IMG/VR virus record: IMGVR_UViG_2690316030_000001
Length of the DNA: 64,000 nt
From: an uncultured virus (IMG/VR IMGVR_UViG_2690316030_000001)
Lineage: Duplodnaviria; Heunggongvirae; Uroviricota; Caudoviricetes
Direction: 5' to 3' (one strand)
Part shown: one piece after another, positions 10,421 to 22,098 of the stretch
How positions within the stretch are numbered: the first letter of the stretch is position 1
Layout of the letters: each line of letters opens with the position of its first letter
Program-made: the position numbers and the translations under genes
The notes under the pieces: model-generated
Told to the model about the DNA's origin: nothing
What the model saw: the letters and a program-made list of their open reading frames with translations, nothing else
The model's database searches: none

Positions 10421-11210
10421 GCCCGAGCGCATTGAGTTCACTTCCCATATCGGTTGGGTGCGCCTTGATGAAATGAAGGTGAGCCCGGTTGCACAGCGCG
10501 CGTTGAATCAGGCGTGGGTGGATCGGCTCAGCGCAGAATTCAATCCAGACGTGATGGGCATGCTGCATGTATCTCACCGTGACGGCTGGTACTACGTCAT
10601 CGACGGCCAGCATCGTCGAGCAGCAGCCATTCAGTGGATGGGTTCAGACCAGCAGGTGCAGTGCCACGTGTACAACGGACTGACTTCCGCCGACGAGGCC
10701 AATCTGTTCTTGCGCCTGAATTCCGTCAAGGCGCAGACCCCAATGTCAAAGTACAAGGTTGCACTGACCGCTGGTCGCCCCGTCGAAACCGACATCGATC
10801 GCATCGCCCGATCCGCCGGTCTAGTGATTGGACTGAGCAAGGAACTCGAGGAAATCGGTTGCGTCACTGCACTGATTAACACCTACAACAAGTCTGGTCC
10901 GGGTTCACTCGCCTTCGCCCTCCGGGTAATCCGGGACGCATACGGGTACGACGGATTCCAGCGCGACCCGATCGCCGCACTAGCCCTCATAAAGGACCGC
11001 TACGGCGATGCCATAGAAGAGGACAAGCTGGTCATGCGGCTCAACAAAATGGGCATCGTGGAGCTGCGGCGTGAAGCGCGCAAGTGGAGGGACACCACCG
11101 GAAACCCTGGCGCGCAATGCTTCGCGCACGCCATGATCACCTTCTATAACCGTGGAAATGGCAAGCGTGTCGACCCCTGGTGGAACCTCGGGATTGTGGG
11201 TGTGGCATGA
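10413..11210 (+). CDS. ParB-like nuclease-fold protein (DUF6551-like)
   Basis: YYVIDGQHRRAAA and EANLFLRLN motifs; RBS AAGGAG. Confidence 0.75.
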   Translation: MSRPERIEFTSHIGWVRLDEMKVSPVAQRALNQAWVDRLSAEFNPDVMGMLHVSHRDGWYYVIDGQHRRAAAIQWMGSDQQVQCHVYNGLTSADEANLFLRLNSVKAQTPMSKYKVALTAGRPVETDIDRIARSAGLVIGLSKELEEIGCVTALINTYNKSGPGSLAFALRVIRDAYGYDGFQRDPIAALALIKDRYGDAIEEDKLVMRLNKMGIVELRREARKWRDTTGNPGAQCFAHAMITFYNRGNGKRVDPWWNLGIVGVA

Positions 11211-11398
11211 CCGATTCAAACCGGGTGCTCTATGACCGCGACGGAGCCGCCGAGCAGCTGTCAACAAGTGCGCGGCGGGTGGACGACCTCAGGCGCGCAC
11301 GACTACTACTCGCTGTCCGTGATGGACGTGAATGGAAGTACACCGCAGCCGAACTCCGGCGATACGCCGAATCCCTACCCTCGTCGGAATCGGCGTGA
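11207..11398 (+). CDS. Excisionase-like winged-helix protein
   Basis: LYDRDGAAEQLSTSARRVDDLRRARLLLAVRDGREWKY. Confidence 0.7.
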   Translation: MTDSNRVLYDRDGAAEQLSTSARRVDDLRRARLLLAVRDGREWKYTAAELRRYAESLPSSESA

Positions 11399-11495
11399 CG
11401 CTTTCAACAACTGAATAACCCCCGAACGCTGGGGCGGGACATCTTGGCGGAAGGCCGCCCCAGCGCCACTGCAACCAACACCTTGGAGGTGTGGC

Positions 11496-11804
11496 GTGTT
11501 CAAGCGTAGATCAATCGCGGCTGTTGCCGTAACAGTCCTAGCGGTTTCGTGTGCTCCACCAGCTCACGCGGACTCGCCTCAAGACCTAGCCGAAAAGTAC
11601 GGCATCTCGGTGTGCCGCAGTCTGGACGCTGATCCCACGATCGACGGCGTTCTCAACACCGGGGTATCGCTCACCAAGAAAGCGAACATCGACCCGTATG
11701 TAGCGGGACAAGTGTTGGCGTACAGCGCAATCTGGTTTTGTCCCACTCACATCACTCTCTTGAAGCGGTTCGCTGACTACTACAAGGGAGGGCGGGAAGC
11801 ATGA
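11496..11804 (+). CDS. Secreted DUF732-like protein
   Basis: Signal peptide ending APPAHA; VC...FCP cysteine pair; RBS GGAGG. Confidence 0.7.
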   Translation: MFKRRSIAAVAVTVLAVSCAPPAHADSPQDLAEKYGISVCRSLDADPTIDGVLNTGVSLTKKANIDPYVAGQVLAYSAIWFCPTHITLLKRFADYYKGGREA

Positions 11805-13471
11805 CCGTCGAAAGTGCTGTAGAGCGAATCGTTTACGACTGCGCAGCTGACATTGACTTGGAGGACATCGAGGAGATGTTGGCCTCTGTCCGTAGCCAAC
11901 TACCCAACCCGGAGTCGGTGTTGTGGCGGTACGACAAGTGCGAGTTGGAGACCTACACGGCGCTTAGTGCTGAACTCAAGGTCAACCCACGGGCATTGAA
12001 CGCAGAGATCCAGCGCGCATGTACCTGCGCGCAAATCGGAATGGAGTTCAAGTATTCCGAAGATGAAGAAGGGGAGGCGGCGTGATGTTCGCCCTACTCA
12101 TTGCTATATGCGCGATCGTCTTCCTGGCAGTCATTCTCGGCGGTCTTGGGCTTGGCGGGTGGGCGATGTGGGAGTGCTGGAAAACCGCACACCGTCCTGG
12201 CTATCAGTCCCCGCTAGTGCACGGTTGGGAGGACTGATGCGCGAGCTATTCACGTTCCCAATCTGTCACGCACACCAAGTGTTCCACCCATGCAGGCCGT
12301 GCGAGAAGGAGCAGGCCCGTAACCAGGTCAAGAACTGGACCGCCGTTGGGTGGCTGCTCACATTCTCGGTGTTCTTAATGGTCGTTCTGTGGTACTCGGC
12401 AGGTGGGCGATGAACACGAGCGACTTGGGTGCGCTGGACCAGCTATACGCCGCCGCCAACGACCACCTATCAGAAGCTACTTTGGCTGTCGGTGACCTAC
12501 TGAAGGAATCGTCTCCAGAGTTGGTGTGGCGCGGATTCGTCAACGAGTTCCTTGGCCGATTTCAGTCTGATGACTGCGATTTCAGAACTGTGGCGGCAGT
12601 GCACGCTGCTGCGCTCATCCGGTTAGCGAGGAAGTCGTGACCACAGTATTGGCGGTCATAGAGGTACTTCTGCTCTTGGCGAGCTGCGCATTCCTCGTAT
12701 TGACGTACCGCAGCCATGGGCAAATCAAAGCGGACTTCAAAGAGATGGAAGTGAACTGCCAGCGAATTGCCGAGGCGCACAAGAAGCTAGACGAGCAGAT
12801 TCGAGGGCTATTCCAGTGAATGCAAATGTGTACTTATGGGCAGGATTCGCCTTCTTCGTCATCATGTACTTCCTCCAGATATGGGACAAGCAGGCGTACA
12901 TAAGGGAGGCCATAGCCCTGCGCCGTGAAATCGCCAGGCTCTCACAGCATCCCTCTACCTACCACGAACAATCACTCCCTTACATGCGGAGGTACGCAGA
13001 CGATGAGTAGGTACACGATCAATCATGACGAGGCTGATGCGCGGGTGTTGTTGATGTGCGCGGAAATGCTCAAGCATCTAGACCTAGCCGGCCGTGGTGG
13101 TGTTGATGTGTCCGCTTCCATTGCCGAGGTTATGGCCAGGCGTGATGAAGTGTTGCGTTCCAGGGGTATTGAGCCCAATGGGCAGGGGATATGCAGATGA
13201 GTGGGTTGAGTGATGCGCAGCGCGGGGCGCTCAAGAGTTGCTTGGAAGAGATCTATTTCGGGTACGGCGAGAAGGATTGGGAACGCCTCGCTGGTGCGGC
13301 TACTGAACGGATCGTGTCTGCGGTGAGGACGGCGTCATGAGCGACTACATCAAGGATGTTCTTAAAGACGCTATCGAGGAAGAGCTTTCGTTGGGTGGTG
13401 ATGCGGGGACTGTGATGGCCCGTATCGGTGAGGTGTTGTCAGAAGAGGGCTACAGGGTGGTGGCGTTGTGA
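11801..13471 (+). CDS. Chain of about 9 small translationally coupled early ORFs, several with one TM helix
   Basis: 11801-12085, 12085-12237, 12237-12413, 12410-12640, 12637-12819, 12816-13010, 13003-13200, 13197-13341, 13338-13471; stop/start overlaps. Confidence 0.65.
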
Positions 13472-14325
13472 AGCTGGAACCGACTGAAGCGCAGCGGAGA
13501 GCGATGGTGGACAAGCTAGGTGAACATGTCCAGTGGCATCGCGATGGCGTGGAACTGGCTGTAGACGACATGCTCGCTGCCGCTAACAGCATCCCCGAGG
13601 GTGCACCTGTTGGCACCATCGCACGACGACCAGACGGGATATTCCTGGCGGTACGGAAAGCAGAGTCCAGCGGTGCGATGTACTGGCAGTACTGGGCTCC
13701 AGGTGGAGCGCGTATTGCCGACGGCATGCCGCTACCGTCCGACGCCGACTCTTGGCCTGTCATCTACGACCCGACAAAGCCGAATGCGGATGAGGTCGAC
13801 CGATTAGACCTTATCGACCCGATTCACGCACACAGGTCGGCACAACAGGAACCTACTCGCGAGCCATTCAAATGCCCTTGCTGCAAGCTAGTGTTCGGGG
13901 CTGGTACTGACCGTATTGAGGTATGTGACCTATGCGTGGCATCCCACCCGATTACCACCCGTGATGCATCACAGACACAGCAGGAACCGGGCGAAATCGA
14001 CTGCCGGAACTGCGATGGCCGCAAGTGTATGGGTTGCGTGTTCCGAGAACATCCCCACGATTGTGCTGATGACTGCCCGGAGTGCTGCGAGCCTCGTACA
14101 CCCCGTGTACTTCCGAGTTTGGATTGTGAAGAGGCTAGAGACGGCACAGTGTGGCAAGCCGCTTTCTCGCAAACCGACCATAGCCGAGGCTGGAAATTTT
14201 GGTACGTGCCAGCGGAGCGCGAGTGGTACACGGATGCCGGACATGACGGAAGCAGCCCGCTTCGTACGTTGGATTTTCTAACCGAACGCGGGCCGTACAC
14301 CGAAGTTCTTGGTGATCCCTCATGA
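13468..14325 (+). CDS. Mosaic hypothetical protein with Cys-rich (Zn-binding) segments
   Basis: CPCC, CDLC, CRNC, CMGC, CADDCPECC. Confidence 0.6.
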   Translation: MKLEPTEAQRRAMVDKLGEHVQWHRDGVELAVDDMLAAANSIPEGAPVGTIARRPDGIFLAVRKAESSGAMYWQYWAPGGARIADGMPLPSDADSWPVIYDPTKPNADEVDRLDLIDPIHAHRSAQQEPTREPFKCPCCKLVFGAGTDRIEVCDLCVASHPITTRDASQTQQEPGEIDCRNCDGRKCMGCVFREHPHDCADDCPECCEPRTPRVLPSLDCEEARDGTVWQAAFSQTDHSRGWKFWYVPAEREWYTDAGHDGSSPLRTLDFLTERGPYTEVLGDPS

Positions 14326-14446
14326 GTCGTGGTGTCCGTATGTCCGATTGGCTCGCAACCGATTACCGGCGTCTGTCTGATCCTGGTCCTGTTGTTCCTG
14401 ACTGGTTTTGGGTTGATGACGAGTACGACGAGAAGGGGAACCCGCG

Positions 14447-14944
14447 GTGAATCGGCAGATGCGTATCGCTGTGGCTGCGGAGTTCCGCAAGTTGGCGGAC
14501 AAGATTGAACGTGAAGAGAAGTCGAAGTTCCTTCTGGAAAACGATCCCGGTACCCGTATCCCGGTGATGTCGGATGTTGAGGTTGACGGCAAGAAGCGCC
14601 GCATCGGATACGTCCTGATCTCCGACCCTGAGGGGCCACGGGACATGCCCGTCATCACTGATGAAGCTGCCGCAATTGCCTGGGCTCTTGAAGAGTTCAA
14701 CGACCCGATGCTGGCTGAACGCAAACTCACCGAGCAGGGACGTAGAACCGTACTCGCTAGCGCAGATTCAGCGTTGGCTGCTGGCGCCCCACTCCCGCCG
14801 GGGGTTGAAGTGCAGCACGTCCCCGGAGGGAACCCGACAGTCTCCTGGCGCGGCGAAGACGACGCCCGGGAACTCTTGGAGGACATGCAATCCCGCGGCC
14901 TGTTCACCCTCTCCACGGCTTTGAGGATGAAGGAGCTGCCATGA
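14447..14944 (+). CDS. Hypothetical phage protein
   Basis: 165 aa ORF in the coupled operon. Confidence 0.6.
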   Translation: MNRQMRIAVAAEFRKLADKIEREEKSKFLLENDPGTRIPVMSDVEVDGKKRRIGYVLISDPEGPRDMPVITDEAAAIAWALEEFNDPMLAERKLTEQGRRTVLASADSALAAGAPLPPGVEVQHVPGGNPTVSWRGEDDARELLEDMQSRGLFTLSTALRMKELP

Positions 14945-15103
14945 CACTGCCCGAAAAGATGCGCGAGCTCGCCCCAGTACTCGAGGAAGCTGACGCACGA
15001 TTCCGAGCCGAGTTCCCGCACCGCCTCGACGAACTTGAGGGCGGCTGGTCCGCCAACGGTTTGAGGACATTCGCGGACATCTGGGAGCGAGCGGAGGCCG
15101 CTA

Positions 15104-15472
15104 GTGCCTAGGGCCGGCGAGTTCACTCCGGAAGCCAAAGAGCTGATGTTCCAGAGGTCTTTGGGTGAGTGTGAGGTGCAGTGGCCGAACGTGTGCATGG
15201 GCGGTCTATATACCGGATTGCAAGCACATCACAGACGCGCTCGAGGGATGGGGGGAACTAAGCGGGCTACAACCTGCCGCGTCTCAAACGGGGTTCTCGC
15301 TTGTGGGGCTTGTCATCTTTTCCTTGAGACGGGTGAGCGCGGACAAGCTCGAGACAAAGGCTTCCTGGTCTCGCAGTACGCAGAGCCGGCTTTTGAGCGC
15401 GTGTTTTACCGGCATGAGCGTTGGGTGTGGCTTGCCGACGATGGGTCTATCCGTGAGGAGAGGGCGGCATGA
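15104..15472 (+). CDS. HNH endonuclease-like protein
   Basis: CE...C...QAHHRRARGMGG...SNGVLACGACH. Confidence 0.75.
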   Translation: MPRAGEFTPEAKELMFQRSLGECEVQWPNVCMGGLYTGLQAHHRRARGMGGTKRATTCRVSNGVLACGACHLFLETGERGQARDKGFLVSQYAEPAFERVFYRHERWVWLADDGSIREERAA

Positions 15473-16029
15473 GCCTCGTTCGCTTTAAAGCTAAGAACCA
15501 CCGGCAGCAGGTGGAGGCGAGGGGTGGTGTCGATTCCCCGATAGATGACCGCGCCACCACACCCGCGGATTTCGCCCGCTTCGATACGGCGCTGGGTCCA
15601 TTCACGGTTGATGTCGCGGCCGCGGCGCATAACGCGAAGTGTGCACGGTACTTCACGTTTGAGATCAACGGGCTGACGCAATCTTGGGCAGGGGAGCGGG
15701 TCTGGTGCAATCCTCCGTATTCCCGGATTGGTGCGTGGGTAGAGAAGGCGTGGCGCGAACACGAGAGAACTGACGGTATCGCAATGCTGTTGCCGGCGAA
15801 CCGCACCGAGCAGGGTTGGTGGCAGCAGATGGTCGAGCCGTACCGGGATCGGTCGGTGTTGTCGGTGCTGTTCCTTCCGGGCCGGATGCGGTTCATTGCG
15901 GCCGGATCCACTCAGGTCGGTCCGAATGAGCGGCCACCGTTCGGCTGCTGCCTCCTGACGTGGGGTTTGGACAACACACCCCTACGTAAACCTGATTTGA
16001 CCCTCTTTGACCTTCAGGAGGAAGCGTGA
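15469..16029 (+). CDS. Phage DNA N6-adenine methyltransferase (Dam-like)
   Basis: FTVDVAA...NAKC, NGLTQSW, VWCNPPYS, MLLPANRT. Confidence 0.88.
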   Translation: MSLVRFKAKNHRQQVEARGGVDSPIDDRATTPADFARFDTALGPFTVDVAAAAHNAKCARYFTFEINGLTQSWAGERVWCNPPYSRIGAWVEKAWREHERTDGIAMLLPANRTEQGWWQQMVEPYRDRSVLSVLFLPGRMRFIAAGSTQVGPNERPPFGCCLLTWGLDNTPLRKPDLTLFDLQEEA

Positions 16030-16427
16030 GGAAGACGTTCGATCCTCTGAATGTGGACGCCGCACTACAGGGATTCCCGGTGTCGTTATCGAAGCCGGAC
16101 AGGGTGGTGGCAGCAAAAACCCTTACCGCGCTGGGAATGAAAGCTGAAGAGGTAGCGGATCGGCTGGGGGTTACCGATCGGCAGATTGAACGCTACAAGT
16201 CTGAGCCAATGCCGGAACCTGAGGAGCCGTTGGTGGTGGATTACGAATTCTCAAGTAGTGAGCAGATGTTGGTACGTAAGGCGCGAACGGTGATTGAACA
16301 GCTCCACTCCAAGGATCACATGGAAGTCCTAGGGGATTGCGTGGACTTCTGCGCCTGGCATCCCGGTCTAGCAGCACAGGTGATGTGTGCGTTGGCGTTG
16401 TGGGCTGATTCGGGGGACTGGCTTTGA
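16026..16427 (+). CDS. HTH DNA-binding protein
   Basis: GMKAEEVADRLGVTDRQIERYK. Confidence 0.7.
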   Translation: MRKTFDPLNVDAALQGFPVSLSKPDRVVAAKTLTALGMKAEEVADRLGVTDRQIERYKSEPMPEPEEPLVVDYEFSSSEQMLVRKARTVIEQLHSKDHMEVLGDCVDFCAWHPGLAAQVMCALALWADSGDWL

Positions 16428-16586
16428 GGAGGACGGCGTGACTGTTTTTCCTACCTACCACTTCTGCCGTTGTGGTCATCAGAGATACCAACACAACGGT
16501 CAAGCAGCTGAGTGCTATGGGGCTTTGGATTACGGTGTGACCCTTTGTGATTGCGGAGGGTTTGTTGAAGACAAGAAGGAATGCGC

Positions 16587-17066
16587 ATGAGCGAGCACGG
16601 CCCCGTTGATCTTAATCAGGCGATAGACCCCTGGTGTGATGACCAATCGATCGAAATAGCCTGGGATCAGTGGGCGCGTGTGAGGATCTTCTGTATCCAT
16701 GGGACCGCAGAAGGTGTTTCGGGTGGCCTATGTCTCAACGAGGCTTTCGCGCAAGCGATCAAGTCATACAAGGCGATAGACCACAGCCCCACGCTCTGCT
16801 GGGCAGACTGTGAACCCCCAGCTGAATGGCTAGCCGAAGACGAACTCTGGTGGGATCAAACATCCGAGTGCGACCTACGTACCGGCCACGAAGGGCCACA
16901 TAAGACGTTCCCCGAATATGAAGGACGGGACGCCGACCGATACGAGCACCTCGTCTATTTCAAGAACGGCCATGACCGTACAGGTACACCAGTGTTCGGT
17001 AGCACGAGCATTCCACATCCCTACTGGAAAGCGGCAGCTGCTGTGCGTGATTCGGAGGAGCGATGA
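16587..17066 (+). CDS. Hypothetical phage protein
   Basis: ORF with RBS AAGGA; CDLRTGHEGPH motif. Confidence 0.55.
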   Translation: MSEHGPVDLNQAIDPWCDDQSIEIAWDQWARVRIFCIHGTAEGVSGGLCLNEAFAQAIKSYKAIDHSPTLCWADCEPPAEWLAEDELWWDQTSECDLRTGHEGPHKTFPEYEGRDADRYEHLVYFKNGHDRTGTPVFGSTSIPHPYWKAAAAVRDSEER

Positions 17067-17212
17067 CCCACACCTGCTCCTGCGGCCACGATCTCGGTGA
17101 TCATCAAACCTACTTCGGCCCTTGCTTGGCCATGCTTCCCGGCTCTTTTGAGACCCATTACCGGTACTGCCCTTGTGGGGGATTTGATCGCGACAACCCG
17201 GAGGCGGTGTAG

Positions 17213-17575
17213 ATGGGCCTTCCCTGGGTCAGGCTGGACAGCCAATTCGCCTTAAACCCGAAGATTCTCTACCTCATCGAGGATAAGAAGTACCGCGCCG
17301 CGTTCGTGTGGACGGCATCCCTCGGATACGCAGGCGCTCAAGGCACCGACGGGTTCCTGCCCTCCGCTTGCCTACCCCTACTACACGCTACCAAGGCCGA
17401 GGCTAAGGCCCTCGTTTCCGTCGGGCTATGGGTGGAGTGCCCCGGCGGCTGGGAGATCAACTCCTGGTCAGAGTTTCAGCCTTCGAATGAAGAGACCCAG
17501 AAGCGTAAGGAGCGCGCGCGGGATGCGGCCCGATTGCGTTGGCACGGAATGAGGGGAAATGACGATGCGGACTAA
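17213..17575 (+). CDS. Replication-initiator N-terminal-like protein
   Basis: PWVRLDSQF...TDGFLP...LVSVGLW...GWEINSWSEFQP pattern typical of actinophage replication-region proteins. Confidence 0.55.
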   Translation: MGLPWVRLDSQFALNPKILYLIEDKKYRAAFVWTASLGYAGAQGTDGFLPSACLPLLHATKAEAKALVSVGLWVECPGGWEINSWSEFQPSNEETQKRKERARDAARLRWHGMRGNDDAD

Positions 17576-18287
17576 CGATGCGTCTGGCATATGCGTCGGG
17601 CATATGCCACTGGCATCCAACCTTGGCATGCACCAGGCAGATGCACGGACGGACGGACGGACTCACGAAGAATCTTTTCTCACCTTTAGGGATAAATCTT
17701 GCTTAGGTAACGCGCGCAAGCCGATACAAGAATCTCTCAAATCTGATGAGCCAATCAGTCTCGCTTCGCTCGATCTGGGCTCAATCTTGGAATGTGAAGA
17801 GTCCAGATTCCCGGTCCGGCGAACGCGCCTCACCGCGCGACGGGAGCAGATACCAGGCAAAGATCGCCAGTACGTGTACCAGCGGGATCACTTCGCATGC
17901 GTGCAATGTGGCGCACGGGAAGACTTGACGCTGGATCACATCATCCCGTGGTCCGCGATGGGTTCCGACCACGTCGACAACCTGCGGACACTCTGCTGGC
18001 CCTGCAATGAGCGCAGATCGAACTTCCATCAACCCGACGATGGTTGGCGCCCATTGCCACTGACTTTCGCTTGCGTTGACTGTGATTCGGAGTTCATGCG
18101 CGACTACCCCGACGCCGACTCGTTGCCATTCGACCACCCAAGCATGGCCAAATGCTTCTGCTGGTGGCATCGACACGCGGCTATCGGATCTCGCGCTGAG
18201 TGGTTCACCGAGAACAACGCGTATTGGGATTACGACCTCAACTGGCATAGAGAGAAACCGGCGAGCAGCAAGGAGGCTGTGAGATGA
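17559..18287 (+). CDS. HNH endonuclease
   Basis: VYQRDHFACVQCG...LTLDHIIPWS...NLRTLCWPCN. Confidence 0.85.
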   Translation: MTMRTNDASGICVGHMPLASNLGMHQADARTDGRTHEESFLTFRDKSCLGNARKPIQESLKSDEPISLASLDLGSILECEESRFPVRRTRLTARREQIPGKDRQYVYQRDHFACVQCGAREDLTLDHIIPWSAMGSDHVDNLRTLCWPCNERRSNFHQPDDGWRPLPLTFACVDCDSEFMRDYPDADSLPFDHPSMAKCFCWWHRHAAIGSRAEWFTENNAYWDYDLNWHREKPASSKEAVR

Positions 18288-21200
18288 CCCAAGCCATAAC
18301 AGACATCAAAGAACTCGTAGGAGAAATGCCGGGGCAGCCGTGCGAAATGCCCGACATCTTTGAGCAGCCTGCTTGTGATCGACAGGCGGCGTGGGTGTGC
18401 CGGGTGCACTGGTCGCATTACTGGACCCACTCGTGCGAGTTGGTTGTCATCTCGCTCTGCGAGTCCCACCGAGCGGAACTACTGGAGGTAGCGGCAACCA
18501 ACAAAGACCGCTGCGCCCTCTGTGGTTACACGATCGCATCGGCGCTCCGGGTGATGCCGCTATGACCGCCTGGTTTAAACGCACACAGCCCAAACCCCAA
18601 CCAGTGGTGCCACTACAACCCCGACCCGGTGTAGAGACCCCTACGGCGTTCCTAGCCCGATTAAAGATCGAATGCACACCCCCATGCCAAGACTGCTACA
18701 GGCCCGCGGACTTCATGGTCACCATCCACCTCGTAGACCACTGCGACAGACCAGCTGTTGAAGTGTTCATCTGCCGGGAGCATGTCTCCACGATCGGGAA
18801 CTGGGTACAAGCCTCGATAGAGACCAGACGCAAAGGACGCTGCACCTGCTGCGGGCATGAAGTCACAGCACTACACGACCTCATAGAAGACGTGGTGAAG
18901 CTATGAGCAAGTGGAAAGTGCGGGAGATGCTGGAGCATGCCAGCCGCGAAAATCTATGCGACAAGGGGATGCCCTGGCCGGAAAACCATGCGCAGATTGC
19001 GGATTGGATATTGGCCATGAACCTGAACATCACAGTGCAACCCCCCTCTGGCGCTGAGGCTATAGCAGCATTCGCAAGGGGTGGGCGATGAGAAGCGAGT
19101 ACAGCGTATGGGGAAGATCCGGGGAGTACCTGGAACTACTGAGTGAACCAACGGAAGTTGTTCAGGTAGCCAAGGCTGACGCACGACGAATCCATAAGCG
19201 GTGGCCTGATGTGGAGCTAATAATCCGCCGCCGTCCGATAGGCGAATGGGTGAATCATGGCGCATTCGCGGCAGGTGGAAGATGAGCGACCGAGCGATAA
19301 CTCTAGAACAAGCACGAGCGGCTGGACCGTTCGAACTATGCGAAGACCTGCAACGGAATTGCCCTGCAAGCGATGACGGGTTCTGCTCTGGCGGGTATGC
19401 GGTCGATGGTGACGACTGGCTCCGGTGTCACGGGGGTGGGGCATGACTGACCCTGCAATCCGGCCGCTATCCGAAGAAGGAGCATGAGATGAGAGAACTA
19501 AAAACTCCAAGAGATATTGCGTCCTTGCCAGATGGCACGGTGTTTGAGTCCCTGCCGGAATGCCTGTGGCCGCAACGCTATGCGGGTGTCCGGTGGAAGA
19601 AGGTCGGCGACGGTGTGATGCCGGTAGGTACCTCCGAAGCCAAGAGGGCTTGGGTCTACCCATCGCTGATCCCGTTCTTCAAAGATCCGTTACCGGCGAT
19701 GGTGGTGTCGAGTAGAGCTGATGAGACTGCGATTGAGGTTCGAATGAGCGAGACCCGTGGTTTAGCCGACTGGCGGGCCAATCGAGATCCCGGCTGGTTC
19801 AACGACGTTGGATATGCGCTACAGGACGAACTGGGTCGCCACATTTACATCTATGACGGACACCCTACGCCCGGTAAGCCGGGATGGCATCACTGCACCT
19901 GCGGCTGGGAAGGCTACTGGAGCGGCTTCCATCCCCATGTCACTGATCATCTGAGAGCGGTAGTCCTATGAGCGACACCGTAAAACCACCGGACGACAAC
20001 GAAATTGACGCTGAGCTGATGTGCGTCATCTGGGGATACGACCCCAACGAAAGATACCCCGAGTGGGGTAACGAATCGATGCGTAAGGCATACCTGGCGG
20101 GATGGGAGGACGGTCGACATGTCTGACCCCAGTATCGAAGCCGTTAACCGAGTGATCGGGGCTGATGCCCTTCTGCTACCCGAGAAGCATCGGCGTGAAC
20201 TGGTCGCCGCTGCCCGTGAGATGGCTAAGTCGGTACAGGAACTACACCGGCGGGTGGGTGGCCTGAGAGCGACGGTTTGTGAGGCGTGCCAAGTCTATTG
20301 GCCCTGTGAGACCGCTAAACGGGTCTACCCAAGTGAGGAACTAGGACTATGAGCGACAAAGCAATTGCGGAAGTAATAGAGCGGCTAGAGGCGGATGAGA
20401 AACGCAGCACTGAACAGATCAACGAGTGCTACCAATTTGCCCACCGGTACCCGAATGTTCCCGCGAACTGGGAAGCAGTGGCGGAATGTCGCGGCGAGCT
20501 GTTCGGTATCCGTAGATCCCTCTCCTATCTGCGCGAGGTGAAGTCATGACCGATCCAGCAGTAGAGGCAGCACGGCGAGCGTGGCGAGTGCAGACCGGTA
20601 GCGAGCCGTTGGCGGACGACAACTACACGATCTGGGTTCGAACCATCGCTGCCCGTGAGGCTTTGAAACCGATACGGGAGTCGCACCAGCACCTAACCAA
20701 AATGGCTTCGGGTGAATCCATACCCGTATGGACTGGAATGATGGCCGTTCTCAATGTCCTCGCCCCCTTGATCTACAAGACAGAGGAACTAGAGCGATGA
20801 GCTACCTACTGAAACGGGGGCGCGGATCGCTGCGCCGAGTGGTTCACCTGTGCCGCTATGACCAATTCGGCAACCGCACCATGGAACCGATCTGTGGCCG
20901 CAGCGGGGGCTTGCGATTCGACACGACATCGAATGTTCCCTGGGGTCTACCCCTATGTAAGTGGTGCCGGAAGGTGGCGCGATGAGTGAGCTTGTAGACC
21001 GCGCTAAAGCATCCCTGGAAGGCGTAACGCCGGGACCGTGGGAAATATCTGACCAGGACGACGGTACCGCCTCGGTTTGGTCTGACGGGCGCATCATCTT
21101 TGCGGACGAATCTGGATTCAGAGGCGGATTCGCGGCCCTCCCGGACGCCGAGTTCATCGCCGCTGCAAGGCAGTTGGTTCCTGAACTGATCGAGGCTGTC

Positions 21201-22098
21201 GAGTTCCTGGAACAAGCCGCAGACCACTGGAAATCGTTGTGGCAGGGCACTGTCGAGGACTCCACGAAGGTAATCCAAGAACGAGACGAAGCACTACGGG
21301 AAGTAGAGGCGCTCAAGAACCGCGCCATTCCCGAGACGGTGACCCGAATAGACATGATCGACCCGAAACGCCAGGAGCATTGGTCGGACTATTGGTCAGT
21401 GTCGATTCAAGACGAAGGCAGGACCCTCAAGTTGTTCGCAGAGGGTGATGGCTCGACGGCGCGAGAAGAACGGGACGCTGCCCTCGCCAAGACTATTTCG
21501 GAAGATTTGCGGCGACTGGGAGGTACAGATGAGTGACGAACCTTCCGACGCACAGAAGCTCATAGCGGAAGTACTGAAGCCACTCATCTACGCCGACATG
21601 CGATACCCGGATGAGCTGTTCGCGCAGCGCCGGGCCGAAGCGTACTCCGCCGAGGTGGATAAAGCCCTTGGAGGACTCACGCGGGAGCCGGGCACCGCAT
21701 ATCCCGAGATGCGTTGGGTATCTGGCGGGACGGTGACCGAATGAGCTACATCGACATGTTCGGCATCGAGTGGCCCGACGACGAGGCCTCGCAGGTTTGG
21801 GTATGCCTAACGCATAAAAGGTTCATCCCATGCCGCCGAACATCTGGCATCTGCGAATTGTCATGCGACACCGCTGAAGTGGAGCAGGTTCGGCAATGGC
21901 AGGCCGACCATGACTGACTACCAAGACACCGGTAGCCGGCGGAAACCTACGGCATACACCGAAACAGGGGCAGCTGAGCGGGTGTGCCCGGACTGTAGTG
22001 CCCCAGAAGGACATCCCTGTAGATGGATAGCCATGGATGGGCAGGGGGATTTAGGGAAACCAAGGCATTGGCCGCATGAGACACGTTGGAGGCGTTAG
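18284..22098 (+). CDS. Chain of small early hypothetical ORFs, many with Cys-pairs; includes an Ead/Ea22-like protein at 20982-21536
   Basis: Continuous ATGA-type overlaps; TPGPW...DAEFIAAARQLVPEL in 20982-21536. Confidence 0.6.

Noticed and set aside
17545..17580. Possible frameshift joining the rep-like ORF to the HNH ORF at GGGGAAA
   Set aside because: The second ORF has its own ATG starts with purine-rich sequence upstream; cannot be decided without homolog alignment
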